Source: Caecitellus pseudoparvulus (taxonomy: Eukaryota; Protista; Bigyra: Bicosoecida). From it: a stretch of DNA of 64,000 nucleotides. Positions 10,728 to 23,449 of the stretch are shown here, piece by piece. Below the pieces are notes generated by a model. That model was not told the DNA's origin. It saw only the letters and a program-made list of their open reading frames with translations, and did not search any database. The translations under genes were made by a program, and so were the position numbers. Every line of letters starts with the position of its first letter. Within the stretch, counting starts at the first letter, position 1. The DNA is taken from contig CBFFRQ010000065.1 in NCBI GenBank assembly GCA_965644315.1, forward strand, positions 310,001 to 374,000, written 5' to 3'.

Positions 10728-10972
10728 GCTAGGCGCTGTGGGAGGGAAGGTGACGCAAGGCTAAGGCGGCTGCCTGCAGTGTCGCTGCGACTGCGAAGGG
10801 GCACCAGCCAGCTGGGGGGGGTGCGAGGCTGCTGGGTGACAAATCTAGGCCTGCTGAAAGTTTGATCCAGGCACTGCATTTCCTTCCCAGGTGCGGCGAG
10901 TCGCCTGGCCAGCGCGGTTTTGAGGGCAGGCACGTGACTGGGTCCATCACCTGGCAGTGGCCCAGGAGGGCC

Positions 10973-12796
10973 TCAGTTCAGCTTGCCCAGGGCAGCCTTG
11001 CGCTGCACGGTCTTCAAGCCTTTGTACACGATGCTGTCCACGAGTCCCAGAACGGTGAAGACTCCGCCCACGATGGCGCACAGGGACGTCACAAAGCGGT
11101 ACAGCGGCGGGTAGCTCTCAGTCGTGACGACAGACAGAGGTGACAGGTCGTACGTGAACGAGGCAGCAGGCGCAGTCGTGTTGTCCACGAACATGTGGCT
11201 GTTTACACTGTGCTTGTAGGTGTGCAACGTCTGCGGCAACTCCACGAGGTCAAAGGCTGCCCCCACCACCTTGAGGTAGTGTTCGTGGTACACGTGCGGC
11301 AGCGGCGAGGTAAACTGCGCCTCGTCAAACTCGTGCAGACCCTTCAGCACTTCCGGCGGCAGACGCTCCTGCAGGGGCTGCGGGAGGGGCTCTCCGAACG
11401 ACAAGGAGTGCACAATGTGGCTCATGTTGGCGCTGGCCCGGTTCAGGCTGTGCCCCTCGTGGTCCAGAGTGATGGCAAGGCGACCCGGCACCTTGGCGAC
11501 GTCCACGAAGCCTTCCAAGTTGCAGCCCAGAACAGGCCCCCCTGTCTTGCCTCTGGATAGGGTCCGGCTCTTCACAGCCACCTCGTCCCCACCGACCGCC
11601 TCGTCGTTCTTCGCAGGGGCCTCGAACACTTCCTGCAGCCCGACGTCATCACCAGGTGCTGGAATGCCAGCCTTGCGCATGGCTGACGCCAGCTTGGCCC
11701 ACAGAGGCGCGTCTGCAGAGCTACTGGTCCAGTGGCCCGTCGAATCCAGCCCCATCCACGAAGTGTCCTCGCCGCGGGACGTGAGGGCCTCCTGCCGAGC
11801 TTGGTGCAGGGCGGCCTGCACACTTCGAGCGTCGCCCACCTCGGAGTCGGCCAGGGCCTGGGCATGAGCTTCGCGCTCCTCAGCGACGTGCTCATAGGCA
11901 GTGACAAAGGTCAGGAGGGCCTCCGGCGACCGCGGTCCGTAGTAGTGCACGAAGGAGTCCCCCGCTGACGGCCGGAAAAGCACGATGGTTGGGAATGCGG
12001 CTACGTGGTGCGCCCTGCACACGCCTTCGCCCAGTGGCGTGGTGCAGTCCACCTTCGCCACAGCCATGGCCCGTCCGAGGCCCGGCGCCACGACGCCAGT
12101 GGGGGGCGGGCCTCGGATCTGGCGAGTTGCCTGAGCCGTGTCCGCATCCATCATCCACGCACCGTCCTTCCCAGCCATGAAGTGCTCACGCAGGCGAGAG
12201 CCATGCTGTGCCAGGTACGTGGAGGGTGTTGGCAGCGACGCGTCGTCCAGGATGCCTTCAATGAGTTCCAGGATGGGCATGAGGCGCTTGCACCAGGGGC
12301 ACCAGGGTGCCATGAACGCCACCAGCACCAAGTCCTTGTCGCGCATGAAGTCATCCCAGTTACTTTCGTCCAGCAGGAACGTTTTCTCCCCAGCCTCGTG
12401 CTTCATCTGCACTGTGGTGGGGGCGGATGGGCGGGAGCGCGCCCGCCCCAGGCGTCGCCGGGCCTCGAAGTCAATGGTGTACTTGTTGATGTTGCGGGAC
12501 ACGTTCACCGCCCGCACACCCAGAGCGTCGCTGACGTCCACAGAGGCGAAGTGGCAGGGGAGGTTGGGCAGGGAGATGTTGAAGTGCACGCGCAGGTGCT
12601 GGTCCAAGGACGTGTCCATCGTGACGTCAGAGGTCACTGTCGGCGTGGAGAAAGCGATCATCTCAGCTGTGACCAGGTATGCGCTGAGCAGCACCGCCGC
12701 GATGCTGATGCCTGCGCCCCAGCGGCTGGCTTCAAACTCATCCAGGTGGCGGATGCGCTTGTGCAGGAACAGGTCAATGTTCCGCACGAGGGACAT
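10973..12796 (-). CDS. PDI-C type protein: ERGIC3/Erv41-Erv46 domains flanking a thioredoxin domain
   Basis: N-terminal TM, FNISLPNLPCHFASVDVSD (ERGIC_N), APWCPWCK thioredoxin site, GCNLEGFVDVAKVPG and FTYDLSPL...FVTSLCAIVGGVFTV (COPII-coated vesicle Erv domain), C-terminal ...LGKLN. Confidence 0.92.
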   Translation of the reverse strand: MSLVRNIDLFLHKRIRHLDEFEASRWGAGISIAAVLLSAYLVTAEMIAFSTPTVTSDVTMDTSLDQHLRVHFNISLPNLPCHFASVDVSDALGVRAVNVSRNINKYTIDFEARRRLGRARSRPSAPTTVQMKHEAGEKTFLLDESNWDDFMRDKDLVLVAFMAPWCPWCKRLMPILELIEGILDDASLPTPSTYLAQHGSRLREHFMAGKDGAWMMDADTAQATRQIRGPPPTGVVAPGLGRAMAVAKVDCTTPLGEGVCRAHHVAAFPTIVLFRPSAGDSFVHYYGPRSPEALLTFVTAYEHVAEEREAHAQALADSEVGDARSVQAALHQARQEALTSRGEDTSWMGLDSTGHWTSSSADAPLWAKLASAMRKAGIPAPGDDVGLQEVFEAPAKNDEAVGGDEVAVKSRTLSRGKTGGPVLGCNLEGFVDVAKVPGRLAITLDHEGHSLNRASANMSHIVHSLSFGEPLPQPLQERLPPEVLKGLHEFDEAQFTSPLPHVYHEHYLKVVGAAFDLVELPQTLHTYKHSVNSHMFVDNTTAPAASFTYDLSPLSVVTTESYPPLYRFVTSLCAIVGGVFTVLGLVDSIVYKGLKTVQRKAALGKLN

Positions 12797-13457
12797 GGCT
12801 GCCGGGGTGTCTGCAACCCAAGTTCACTGGCACGGCGTGCGAGCCAGACTGCTCACACAGCACTGCGTAGTGCCCAGAAGAATGCGAAGAGGGGCACCCT
12901 GGGGTGTGAGCAGTAGCCCACGTGCAATCCAAGCCCTTGAAGCCTGTCTGCACCGCCCAGAAAACCGCAGTGCTGAGCTGTAGGGGCAGCACTGCTAGCT
13001 GGCGGAGTGCGGAAATAGCTCCTCTTCAAGCTCCAGCTGCGCACTGCGTGCTGCTCGCGCAAAGGACAGGCAGCAGCTGCGTAGCACGGTTCGGTTCTGT
13101 GAAGATACGAAGGAGTTGAATATGTCGCTGCAGTTTGTGACTCCCATCCCGCATCGCATTTCCACTCGGGCGGCACACATGAATGCAAGCGAATCCAGCT
13201 GCCACCGTCAGCGTTTCAGGCCAAATTCCATCCCCCGGCACCTGCCTGGACAACCACACGCAGCAACGCGCACCGCAGGTCCCCTTTTCCCACCCTATAC
13301 CCGACCGAAGCCCTTTACTGAGCCAGACTCTTTTCCGCTACGGCCCCCCTTGGCAGGGGCAAACGGGTACTCAGCATCGAGCGCTGTGCACGCGGCGGCG
13401 GCTCAGCGACGTGCGCTGAGATAGCGCAGACGCCGCTCCCCGTCGCCCCAAGTGACG

Positions 13458-15354
13458 ATGGCCGTAGCATTGGATGAAGGGGCGTTCGCTGTGTGGGTGG
13501 CTGTCACTGCCCTGGTGACTGTGGCATGTCTCCTGCAGGCCCTGATGCTGTGGGCCCTGCGAAAGGAAGTGCGAGGCGGAGTCCTGCACACGGCGCTGTC
13601 TGTCATGTGCGCCCCTTGCTGTGGGAGCGGCAGCTCAACATCAGCCAGCCCTGCTCCGGGCTCCACCAGGTCGCTGAGGGGCAAACGCCGCTCTTCGTCC
13701 CAGAGGGAGTCCGCTGAGGGCGGCCCATCTGGAGGGTCAGTTTCTCGGCCTCGTCGCTGGCGCAACGCTCGTGACCTCACCGCCCTTCCGTCGACGTGCT
13801 CCACACAGGGTGGTGCAGAAGGAATGGGAGGTGGACGTGAAGAAGCTGAGGATGAAGTACGTCATCGGCAAGGGGAACTTCGGGTGCGTGTGGCGCCGCC
13901 ATGGCGCAACGTGAGCGCGGTCACCTCGACTCTCTGCTTGCGACAGCGAGGTGTGGTTGGCAACGTGGCTGGGGTCCCCCGTCGCGGTCAAGACCCTGCT
14001 CCCCAAGCTGCAAGCCAAAGACAACATTGTGAAGCGCTTCATGGACGAGATCTACATGATGAGGTGCGTGCTCTGGCCGGGCTGAGGGAGCGAAACGGCA
14101 AGCACGAAACGCCGACGATGAAAAGCCCTCTCCCTCCCCCGCTCCCGCAGCATTCTACACCACCCAAATGTTGTCATGTTCCTGGGGGCATGCACTGTGC
14201 GGCCTAACCTTTGCCTGGTGTTGGAGTACTGTGTTCATGGCTCCCTCCACCACTTTTTGAAGTCAGAGCACCGACACGGTGTGAAGATCAACATGCCACT
14301 GGTGTACCGCTTCGCGCTGGACATTGCGCGGGGCGTGTACTACTTGCACCGCAAGCAGAGCATCGTGCAGCGCGACTTGAAGGCGCGGAACATCCTGGTG
14401 GACGAGTCCTTGAACGCTAAGGTTGCGGACTTCGGGCTGTCCCGGGTGCTCGACGACGGCGAGCAGAACAAGCTGACCGCTTGCGGGACCCCCGCATGGA
14501 CAGCGCCCGAGGTCGTGCGCCTGGAGGCGTACACCGACAAGGTGGACGTGTACTCCTTCGGGATCATTCTGTGGGAGCTGCTGACGCGGGATGAACCGTA
14601 CGGGGGCCGGAAGGGCGTCCAGATCGCGTACGCCGCGGCGGAGCAAGGGCTGCGCCCAGTCATCCCGTCCTACTGCCCAGAGGACTACGCCCAGCTCATG
14701 AGGGAATGTTGGGCCGACGACCCCGCTGACCGCCCAACCTTTGCCATGATCCTCAAGCGCCTCTTCCAGATGAAGAAGGACGTGGACGGCATCACAGCGA
14801 AGCTGCTGGCGGAGCGCACCGCTTCCCACAGCGACGCAGATCCCATCACTGGACCAGGCACTTCAGACGGTACGGTGGGAGCAGCCAAGCTGCGGGCCAG
14901 TCCAGGCGAGGCGAAGGCTGCGAGCGGTGCCCGTGGCAGCAACCTGGCTCTGAGCCGGGAAGGGACGTTCATGGCGGGCGGCAGCGACAGTGGCATGTCT
15001 GCTGCAACCATGGGCACGTCCACTGTGGCGAGGCCCCTGTCAACGTTTGCCACTCGCAGCGCTGCCTCCGAGGCGGTAAACAGGGGCATCGTAGCTCAAG
15101 GGGCACCTGGAGGAGCAGCCGGGGATTGGGACGGCACGGTAGACAGCGACACTGACGCTGGGGGCGGCGCTGCCCAGCCCCAACCTCGAAGGCGCAAGGC
15201 GTCGTCCTCCTCTGGGCGCGGCATTGCTGTTTCTGGACATGCGGCGGCTGTTGCACTCCGGATTGACGACAGCGACGGAGCCGGCTCCGGCATGCACAGC
15301 GGCTCCTTGCCCCCCAAGAGCCCAGGCGGCCCCAAAGCGCCCCCCCAAGGATAG
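13458..15354 (+). CDS. Tyrosine-kinase-like (TKL) Ser/Thr kinase with N-terminal transmembrane anchor; 4 exons
   Basis: GT-AG introns 13736-13808, 13884-13946 and 14064-14150 join the TM exon to EWEVDVKKL..IGKGNFGEVWLATWLGSPVAVK..HHPNVVMFLGAC..QRDLKARNILV..DFG..CGTPAWTAPE..DVYSFG. Confidence 0.9.
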
Positions 15355-15637
15355 AGCTGGGCACTGGTGCGCTGCTCAGGCCGCTATTGGCGCATGGGAG
15401 GTGTGTCCGTTGCCGGAAGGGGGTGCCAGCCGACCCCTGAGCCCCCCTCCACAGGACTTGTGAGGGGCCTGCCGCATTCGCCGTCTGTCAACACTTCATT
15501 CCTCTAACACCTTGCACATGCCTGCTGCTGCTGGCCACCCGCTGACACCAAGTTTGGTAGCAAGCCTACCATGCTTAGGGCTTGGTGCTCTTCGTGCCCC
15601 CCACGTACTTCGCCCGACGAGCGGCGACAAGGAACTG

Positions 15638-18600
15638 ATGGCTGAGCAGCCTGCCCCTGAGGCGGCGCCTCCCGTCGAGGGAAACACCATTGCCACGGCG
15701 CACGCGGCAACATCATCTGAACTTGGGGCTAGTATTCTAGCAGATGTCGGGTTCGCCACGGATCAATTCAAGAAAGGCGGCCTGACGGAGGCTCAAGCCC
15801 AGGCCGTACTGTGAGGCGCTACCCGCACCGCCACACGTCGGCGCAGCGGCCAGCGCATTTTGGCCCCCTCACTACGCACTGCAGGGACAAAGACGGCCCA
15901 AATGAGTTGGCTGAGGATGAAGTTGACCCTTTGTTGAAGGTACGGCCGCTGTAGCAGGCTTGCCCAGGCGCTAGGCTGGGTCAGCTGACGCCACTCCGGC
16001 CACTGCACGAGAGCCGCTCACTCGCCCGGTGCCACTCAGCGCCCTCCAACGCCCTGCGCAGTTCCTTAGCTACTTCTGGGGGCCCACACCAATCATGATT
16101 TGGGCGGCCATTGTCATTGAGGTCATCAAGGCGGCCATAACAGGTGAGGAGAATTGGCGACCTGCGGACTGATGCTGAGGTGATGCATTCCTGAAGCCCC
16201 ACTCCCTCGCGGAACAGGAGACGGCTGGGCGGACTTTGGCGTGCTTCTGGTCATGCAGCTCATCAATGGGGTCGTTGGTTGGTGAGTGTCTGCTTCTGGT
16301 CGTGTCCTGCCCAGGGAGGTGGCAGCAGGCAAAGTGGTCGTGAGGCGCCCAAATTGTCCGCGTTGGCGTGGCGGTGGGGTACATGCGCACGTTCTTCCCA
16401 GGCACGTGCCCCGTGGTCCCGGCACACAGGCGTGAGGAAATGAACGCAGGGAACGCCGTGAAGGCATTGAAGGATCGTCTGGCACCGGAGTGCTACGTAT
16501 TCCGTGATGGCACGTGAGTTGCGTGTTGCGGAAGCTGCGGCTGGCAATTTCTCCGAGGCGCTGCGGGTAGCTGTCCGCACATTTCTCCGCGCATCCGTGC
16601 ACCATTCCCTGGCTCATTTCTCCGCTCACGACTGCCCAATTCCCCGCACCGGCGACACAGAGCGCGGCGCGACAAGGCCCGCATCCTCGTGCGAGGTGAC
16701 TTGATTGGGTTGAAGATCGGGGACGTCGTTCCTGCTGACTGCATTCTCGTTGGCAACGACCTCCGACAGAGTTGCGAAGTCGACCAAGCGGCACTTACTG
16801 GGGAGTCCCTCCCAGCCACCAAGCACACCTTGGAAAAGCTGCTGATGGGCTCTGTGATCAAGCGAGGCGAGCAGCAAGCGGTAGTCGTGGGCACAGGCGA
16901 GCGCACCTTCTTCGGCAAGGCCGCTGAGATGATTTCCTCTGTGGAACACAAGAGCCGCTTCCAAGTCATCCTGTTCCACATCACCATGTGGCTCATGGCC
17001 ATCGCCCTGCTCCTGGGCGTCATCATGTTCATCAAGCTGGTCGTCATGGACACTGCCGAGTCCCCCCAGGCAGGCAGCCGCTTCCTTCGGGCGCTGTCCA
17101 TCGTGGTCGTGCTGCTCGTCGCATCCATTCCCATTGCCATGCAAGTGGTGAGCACTGCCACCATGGCCATTGGCGCGCACAAAATGGCCGAGAAGAAGAT
17201 CATCGTCGCGAGGCTCGGCGCCATCGAAGAGCTGGCCGGCATGAACGTCCTCTGCTCCGACAAGACAGGCACGCTGACCAAGAACAAGCTGGAACTGCGC
17301 GACCCATGCACTGCCCCTCAAGCCACCATGGGAACAAAGGAGATGCACTTCTTTGCGGCCTTGGCCGCCAACAAGGACATGGCGAACAACGACGCGATTG
17401 ACTTCTGCATCTGCAACTCGGTTGTCGACGACGACAGCCCCATGAAGAGGGACGCTGAGCCTGCGGAGACGACTGAGGCTGCCTCTTCTGCGTCTGGTTC
17501 TGCCGCGAAAGCCCCCTTTGGCGCTGGCAGCGCCAGCTGGGCCAAGCTCTGCAGCTACGAGCAACTGGACTTCCTGCCCTTCAACCCGACTGACAAGCGT
17601 GTGGAGATCACGGCAAAGGTACCCGCTGACACGGAGCTGCCTGGAGGCGAAGTCTCTGCCCTCATCAAGGTCACGAAGGGCGCCCCTCAAGTGGTCTTGA
17701 AGCTCGCCCTCGAGGATCCCAACTGCATCTACTCACCCCAGGAGGCCGTGGCACTGAAAGAAAAAGTGAGTGCAGACATTCAGGAGCTGGCGGACCGGGG
17801 CTTCCGGTGCTTGGGCGTCGCACACAAGGTCCTCTCTGAGGGCACCGCTGCAAACGGAGATGATTTGGAAGGGAACACGTGGTCTGGGTGGAGGTTCCAA
17901 GGCCTCATCTCCCTGTTCGACCCCCCTCGTGACGACACTAAGGAAACCATCCGCCAAGCCATGGAGAGCGGCGTGGAAGTGAAGATGATCACTGGTGACC
18001 AGACCGCCATCGCCAAGGAGACCTGTCGGGAGCTGGGAATGGGCGTCAACATCCTGGACAGCAACCACTTGCACACGACGTCGGGCACCGCGAGGATGGA
18101 GATGGTGATGGGCTGCAATGGTTTTGCAGAGGTCATGCCTGAGGACAAGTTCAGCATTGTCGAGACCGTGCGAGGCGCGGGCAACGTCGTGGGCATGACC
18201 GGCGACGGCGTGAACGACGCACCAGCCCTGAAGCGTGCTGACATCGGCATTGCAGTGGAAGGGGCAACAGGTGCTGCCAAGGCGGCGGCTGACATCGTGC
18301 TGACAGAGCCGGGGCTGGGCGTAATCATCGACGCCATGGAGGAGTCCCGCAAGATTTTCCAGCGCATGCGCAACTACGTCATTTACCGCGTCTCCAGCAC
18401 CATCGAGCTGCTGCTGTTCTTCTTCGTCGCCGTCATGTTCATCAACGTCAGCGACCCGCTGTTCTTTGGCGCCCAGCCGAGCAACGTATGCTGGGGCTCA
18501 GACTGCCCGGACGGCCGTGTCCGCCCCACGACGGAGGAGCAGCTGAACGCGCACTTCAACGTCTTCACCCTGCCCGTTATCGCGCTGGTGGTCATCACCA

Positions 18601-19466
18601 TCCTGAACGACGGCACCATGATCACCATCGCCTACGACAAGGTTGAGCCGGAGTCACGCCCGCAAAAGTGGAAGCTGGGAGAGGTCGCCGTCGTGGCTTC
18701 CGCTCTGGGTGCCATGGCCTGCCTCACGTCAATCGTCCTGCTGCTCATCACCCTTCAGGCGTCCGTCGTACATGACAGCTGGGCAGGGCGCGTGTTCGGC
18801 GCCAACAACTTGAATGGCCACCACTTCGTCACCTTTGGCGAAGTGCAAACCCTGCTGTACTTGAAGGTGTCCCTCTCCGACTTCCTCACCGTCTTCAATG
18901 CGCGAAACAGGGGCTGGTTTTGGGAACGCCTCCCCGGCCAAGCGCTCTCCATTGCTGCCTTCGGAGCCATGGGGGCTTCCACCCTGTTTGCGCTGTTTTG
19001 GCCCTTTGAAGAGCACGATATGACCTCCTTCAACAAGTACGCGTACATGTCCCCCCTGTCTGGGTCCAAGTACGGCGTGGTTGTCATTTGGGCCATCAGT
19101 TTGCTGTCGTTCCTCCTGCAAGACCTCGTCAAGGTCGCCGCCTTTGCCGTGCTGCATGCGCTGAACAAGGAAGAGGAGGACAGTCTGCAGACCCGCCAGC
19201 AGCAAGTGCGCATTGGGAACAAGGTCAGCCGACGCGACAAGCGCCACAGGCTGAAGCTCGTGAAGACGATGGCTGACTCCTACGAGGCAGCACCTTTCCC
19301 CGGTGCGTTGTCCCCCGCTGGTGTTGCACCGTCGGGCTCCTCCCGCGACCTTGTCACTCTGCCACGCTCCGAACTCAGCAGCCTCCAGGAGCGCCTTGCG
19401 TCACTGGAGGCTGTTGTTGCAGCTCTCCAGAAGCAGTCGGGCGGCGCAGGCGGCGCTGCTGAGTGA
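15638..19466 (+). CDS. PMA1: Plasma-membrane H+-ATPase (P-type, P3A); 6 exons
   Basis: Five short introns between 15811 and 16660. Motifs GPNEL, FLSYFWGP, DQAALTGES, IPIAM, CSDKTGTLT, KGAP, DPPR, MITGD, MTGDGVNDAPALK and ITILNDGT (proton-acceptor Asp). Confidence 0.95.
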
Positions 19467-19727
19467 GCTTGCCCACTGCAGCTCGGAGTGCGCAATGCAG
19501 GCCGCGGCACAATCCAAATTCACCAAGGCTTGATGTGAATGTACCCCACCTGTGCTGCTGCCACTGGCTGCCAGTTTTCTGCGGAACACCCCGTCTTGCG
19601 CACTCAGCTGGCCTCCACAGCTTGCTGCAGGCCATCTCAACCAGCTACCTCAGCAACAGCTGCGGCACCCAGGCCAGCACTGCGTTGACGCGAGCGCTGC
19701 TCTAGAGAGACGCAGTACATCTTAGCC

Positions 19728-20631
19728 ATGGCGTCTGAAAGCATTTACAACTGGATCAAGGAGGACGTGCAGGCGGCAGCCAAGCCTCCCATGTACCGCT
19801 CCAAGCACAAGGCAGACGCACCCGTGCCAGCCAGCACCTTCCGGAAGGAGAAGAGGGTAGTGGGTACCTTTGGGCGAATTGTCAAGGACAAAGTGGACCC
19901 CAAGAAGTACCTGAAAGGCCGCGAGCGGTGCGGCCGCGGAGTGCAGCCCACATCAAAGCGTGAGAGTGCGGAAGTTGCTGGCGTCCGATGCATCATCGCA
20001 CCCCGCGACACACTGCGCACCCACAGCCAAGCGATTCACACGGAAGGACAAGCCCCGCAAGGCTGCTGTGCCATCCAGGCACGAACGTCCTGTCATGGGT
20101 GTGAAGCACGAGAAAGACTTCGTCACTGCCAATGCTGTGGAGAATATCCTCGCTGGTGCGTCGCTGCAAGGGCAGCGGCTGGTGCGAGCTGCCTCTTGCC
20201 TCACACAGCCCGTACCGCGCTTCACAGTCCCACCAGCGCGCACAAAGAAGCAGGAGCTTCGGTACACCCAGAAGGCAGAGTATGGCCGCCCACCTGCGTA
20301 CTTGGAGACGGTGAAGGCCGACGTGGAGGCTGAGAGGGACTTCATCCGCCAGATGCTGGACGAGCAAGACATGGTGGCCCAGGCGGAGCAGCCGCGCATG
20401 AGGCAGATGCCCGAGGGCGAGCGAGCTGAGATGCTGGACGCCCTCAAGGAGAAGTGGGATGCAGTGAACATGGAGTACCAGAAGATCACGTTCAAGAACA
20501 TCAGCACGTCCAACTCCACCATCGGGCAGATCCGGGCCAAGGAGGCCTGCGAGCAACAATTGGCCCAGCTGGAACGGGACATCAAGCGACTGTCGGCCAA
20601 AGGGCCCATCTACGTCTTGGACGACGAGTGA
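19728..20631 (+). CDS. ENKUR: Enkurin (ciliary microtubule inner protein); 3 exons
   Basis: MASESIYNWI..PPMYRSKH..VDPKKYLK..KAAVPSRHERPVMGVKHEKDFVTANAVENIL..YGRPPAYL..LKEKWDAVNMEYQK..KEACEQQLAQLERDIKRLS..PIYV. Two GT-AG introns. Confidence 0.9.
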
Positions 20632-20661
20632 CCTGCCTGAGCAATGTATTCCTGCAACCTC

Positions 20662-23449
20662 TCACCCGCGCTTCTTGCCCTTGCGCCGGCGCCGCTTGCT
20701 GCTTTGACTGCTCGTCTGTGGCACCGCCTCTGCCGCTTTGGCAGCGCTTGCATCGCCGCCCTTCCCATCGCCCGTCGCCTCCTCGCCATCACCTGCCTTC
20801 TCACCATCGCCCGTCGCCTCCTCGCCATCGCCCGTCGCCTCCTCGCCATCACCTGTCGCCTCCTCGCCATCACCTGTCGCCTCCTCGCCATCACCTGTCG
20901 CCTCCTCGCCATCACCTGTCGCCTCCTCGCCATCACCCGTCGCCTCCTCGCCATCACCTGCCGCCTCCTCCTCCCCATCGCCTGTCGCCTCCTCGCCATC
21001 ACCCGTCGCCTCCTCCTCGCCATCACCCGTCGCCTCCTCCTCGCCATCACCCGTCGCCTCCTCGCCATCACCTGCCGCCTCCTCGTCATCGCTTGCCGAG
21101 TAATCTTCGCCACCAATGGAAGAACCACCAGAAGCCTGTGTGGCTCCAACTTCTGCATCATCTTTGGCGACAGCGGGCAGGGTCGAGGCACCTGCACTGG
21201 GTGCATCTCCGATGCTCGGGACCGCACTGGCCGCCACTTGTGGCGAGATGGAGGGCGAAACAGACCCCAAGCCCGCCTTCAAAACAGCAAGTGCGGCCTG
21301 CGCTTGTGCGGCTGCTGCTTGGGCCGCAGGGTCCTGGGATCGCTCCACAGAAAAGGCAGAGATGGTGCTTGCAAGCTGGTCTTGGCCAGCTTGCGAGAGA
21401 GCCGTGAACTCGGAGAATTTCCGCATGATGGCCTGGATGTCCGATTCGGGAACTGAGAAGTCCATCATGTTGTAGGCGTAGAAGGTCAGCTGGGAAATCG
21501 CAACGGCCTCAGAGGCGCCCTTCATTTCCTCTCCTTCCCCTGCTTGGCCTGCCTTAGCCATTTCACTGCCCAGGGAGTCGAAGAGTGAGCTCTCCCAGAA
21601 CTGCAAGTCGCGCCACACGACGTGGTCCTGCACAGCCACACGCAGGGGGAGGCTTGCCTCTGCGCCGTCAATGTCCAATGCAGTGCTAAATGTCTGCGCA
21701 ATAACCATGAGGCCTCGCAGCTGGCTGAACGCCTGCCGCTCAGCAGCCACGTCCAGCGCACACAGCATGAGGCTGACAAGCTCGGCAAATGCGACAGGCA
21801 GAAGAGTGGGGCGAGCAGCCCGCTGGGCATCCATGGCCCACACGAACCTGTCCAAGGCATCTTTCTCAGTCCGCAGCGCCTTTCGAACCTGCGGCAGCAG
21901 AGGAGTTGCATCGCTCGCTGCCGCCTTCCACATCCACGTGCGCGGGAGCATGGGCGAGTCACCCGCCAGCAACTCGCCACTTGCCTCCAGCTCCGCAAGC
22001 GCATCTGTGACACTGTCAACACCAAGCTCGAACAAAGCAATGATAGCGCACTCTATGGCGCCGGGTGGGTGTGCTGCGAGCTGGGCAGGCGCGTCACTTC
22101 GCATCGCACGGTCCATGAGCTTGATGCTGGTGGCACTGCCCGACTCAGCGGTGTACCCATCAGTGGACGCGCCTGAGAATGCCCCCCCAGCACCTGCTGC
22201 ACTGTCTGCAGGCTGTGGGGTGGGGGAAAACAGCGCTTGCGTCTTGTCGATGTGGCCTGCCAGCATCTGTGTGTCGTACTGCAGGTTGGCCAGGAGGGAT
22301 GAGTGGATGACGGTGAACTTCCGCCCAGCGTCCAGAACCGTGTCCGTGTACTCCTTCCAAGCGGATTTCAAAGACACGGTGGCCACGCGCAGGGAGCGCT
22401 CGAAGTCGTCGATGAGGGCGTCATACCTCGCCCACGCCGTTTGGCACTCTTCAATGGCCGCGTACGTGGCCGCGATGGCGTCACTAGCGATGCGCCGCAG
22501 CGCCGTCAGCTTGTCACTGGCGCTGCCAAACATGGAGGTGAAGTTCGTGCGCAGCCGAGACACGACACTGCCACTGCCTCCTGAGCTCGTCGCGGTGCCC
22601 TCGGCGGCTGTGCTGCGCGCCGAGTGCAGGCCAGCCCCCGCTGAGCCCTGCAAGCCCGAGTTGGTTACTTCGCGGGTTTCTGGCGCGCTGGCAGTGCGCT
22701 TTTTAAATGCGTCAATGCTGTCCCAGCTCTGCGTGTGGGGTGGGGGGTTCCACGTCATGTCGGCTGGAGTTGAGATGGCCGCTGCCACGCAAGCGTCCAC
22801 AGCTCGACGCCTTCGGGCCATGTACTCAGTGAAGCTGGCCAGGCACTGCTCAGACGCCGAGACAAGCGCACTGTGCTGGCTCTGGGCGCCCAGGACTGCC
22901 TGGTGCATGGGCGTGAGGGTCAGCTTCCACTGCTCGAGGGGCTCCACGATGTCCACCCGCATGCTCTCTGCCATGTGACCGTGCTGGGCAGCTTCGTTGC
23001 CGGCATCGCCCCGCAGATCTCCGAAGGTGCCGGCAACGGCACCGGGGATCCCCGACTCGCGGAGGTCTGTGCGGGGGTGTGGAGTGGGTGCTTGCGAGTG
23101 GACGCAGGCGCTGGGCACGGCTTGCAGCGCAGGCTGGCCACGCACCACGTGCCGCGAGCTCAGCGAGGTCTTTGTGAATCTTTGCCTCCATTTCTGCTCG
23201 CGTGCGCATAAAGGCGATGAGGCAGTCTGTCGACTGCAGCGCCCGGTCCATCTGAGTCGGGCAGGATGAGGCACAGGGTGGCGACAGCGGGCCAGGGTGC
23301 GGAATTGGGCAGGCCTGCAGCGGCTGCAAACTCACCTTCAAACGAGCTGCATCAAACTCAATGAAGCGAGCATTCTTGCTGACTGCTGGGACCAGGATTC
23401 TCTTCGGCTGCTGCCTCGCCTCTGAGCCTTTGCGGGGTCTGCTGGCCAT
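20662..23449 (-). CDS. F-BAR (FCH)-like plus SBF2-like domain protein with acidic repeat tail; 3 exons
   Basis: Spliced N-terminus ..CLIAFMRTRAEMEAKIHKDLAEL..EAAQHGHMAESMRVDIVEPL (FCH/F-BAR-like). LMVIAQTF..QDHVVWRDLQFWESSLF..SQLTFYAYNMMDF is SBF2-like. Confidence 0.7.
20760..21087 (-). repeat. Coding tandem repeat, about 15 x 21-24 nt, encoding (E)EEATGDG
   Basis: Plus-strand unit cctcctcgccatcacctgtcg with small variants. Confidence 0.95.

Noticed and set aside
12800-13450. Long intergenic regions (also 51400-52050) inspected for tRNA, snRNA or virophage-like inserts
   Set aside because: No cloverleaf, box motifs or AT-rich foreign segment could be recognised. Both look like divergent promoter regions.
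20454-21456. ORFs with RLLAITC, HHLSPPR or ARRRQVM repeats
   Set aside because: They are shadow frames of the EEATGDG coding repeat on the minus strand.
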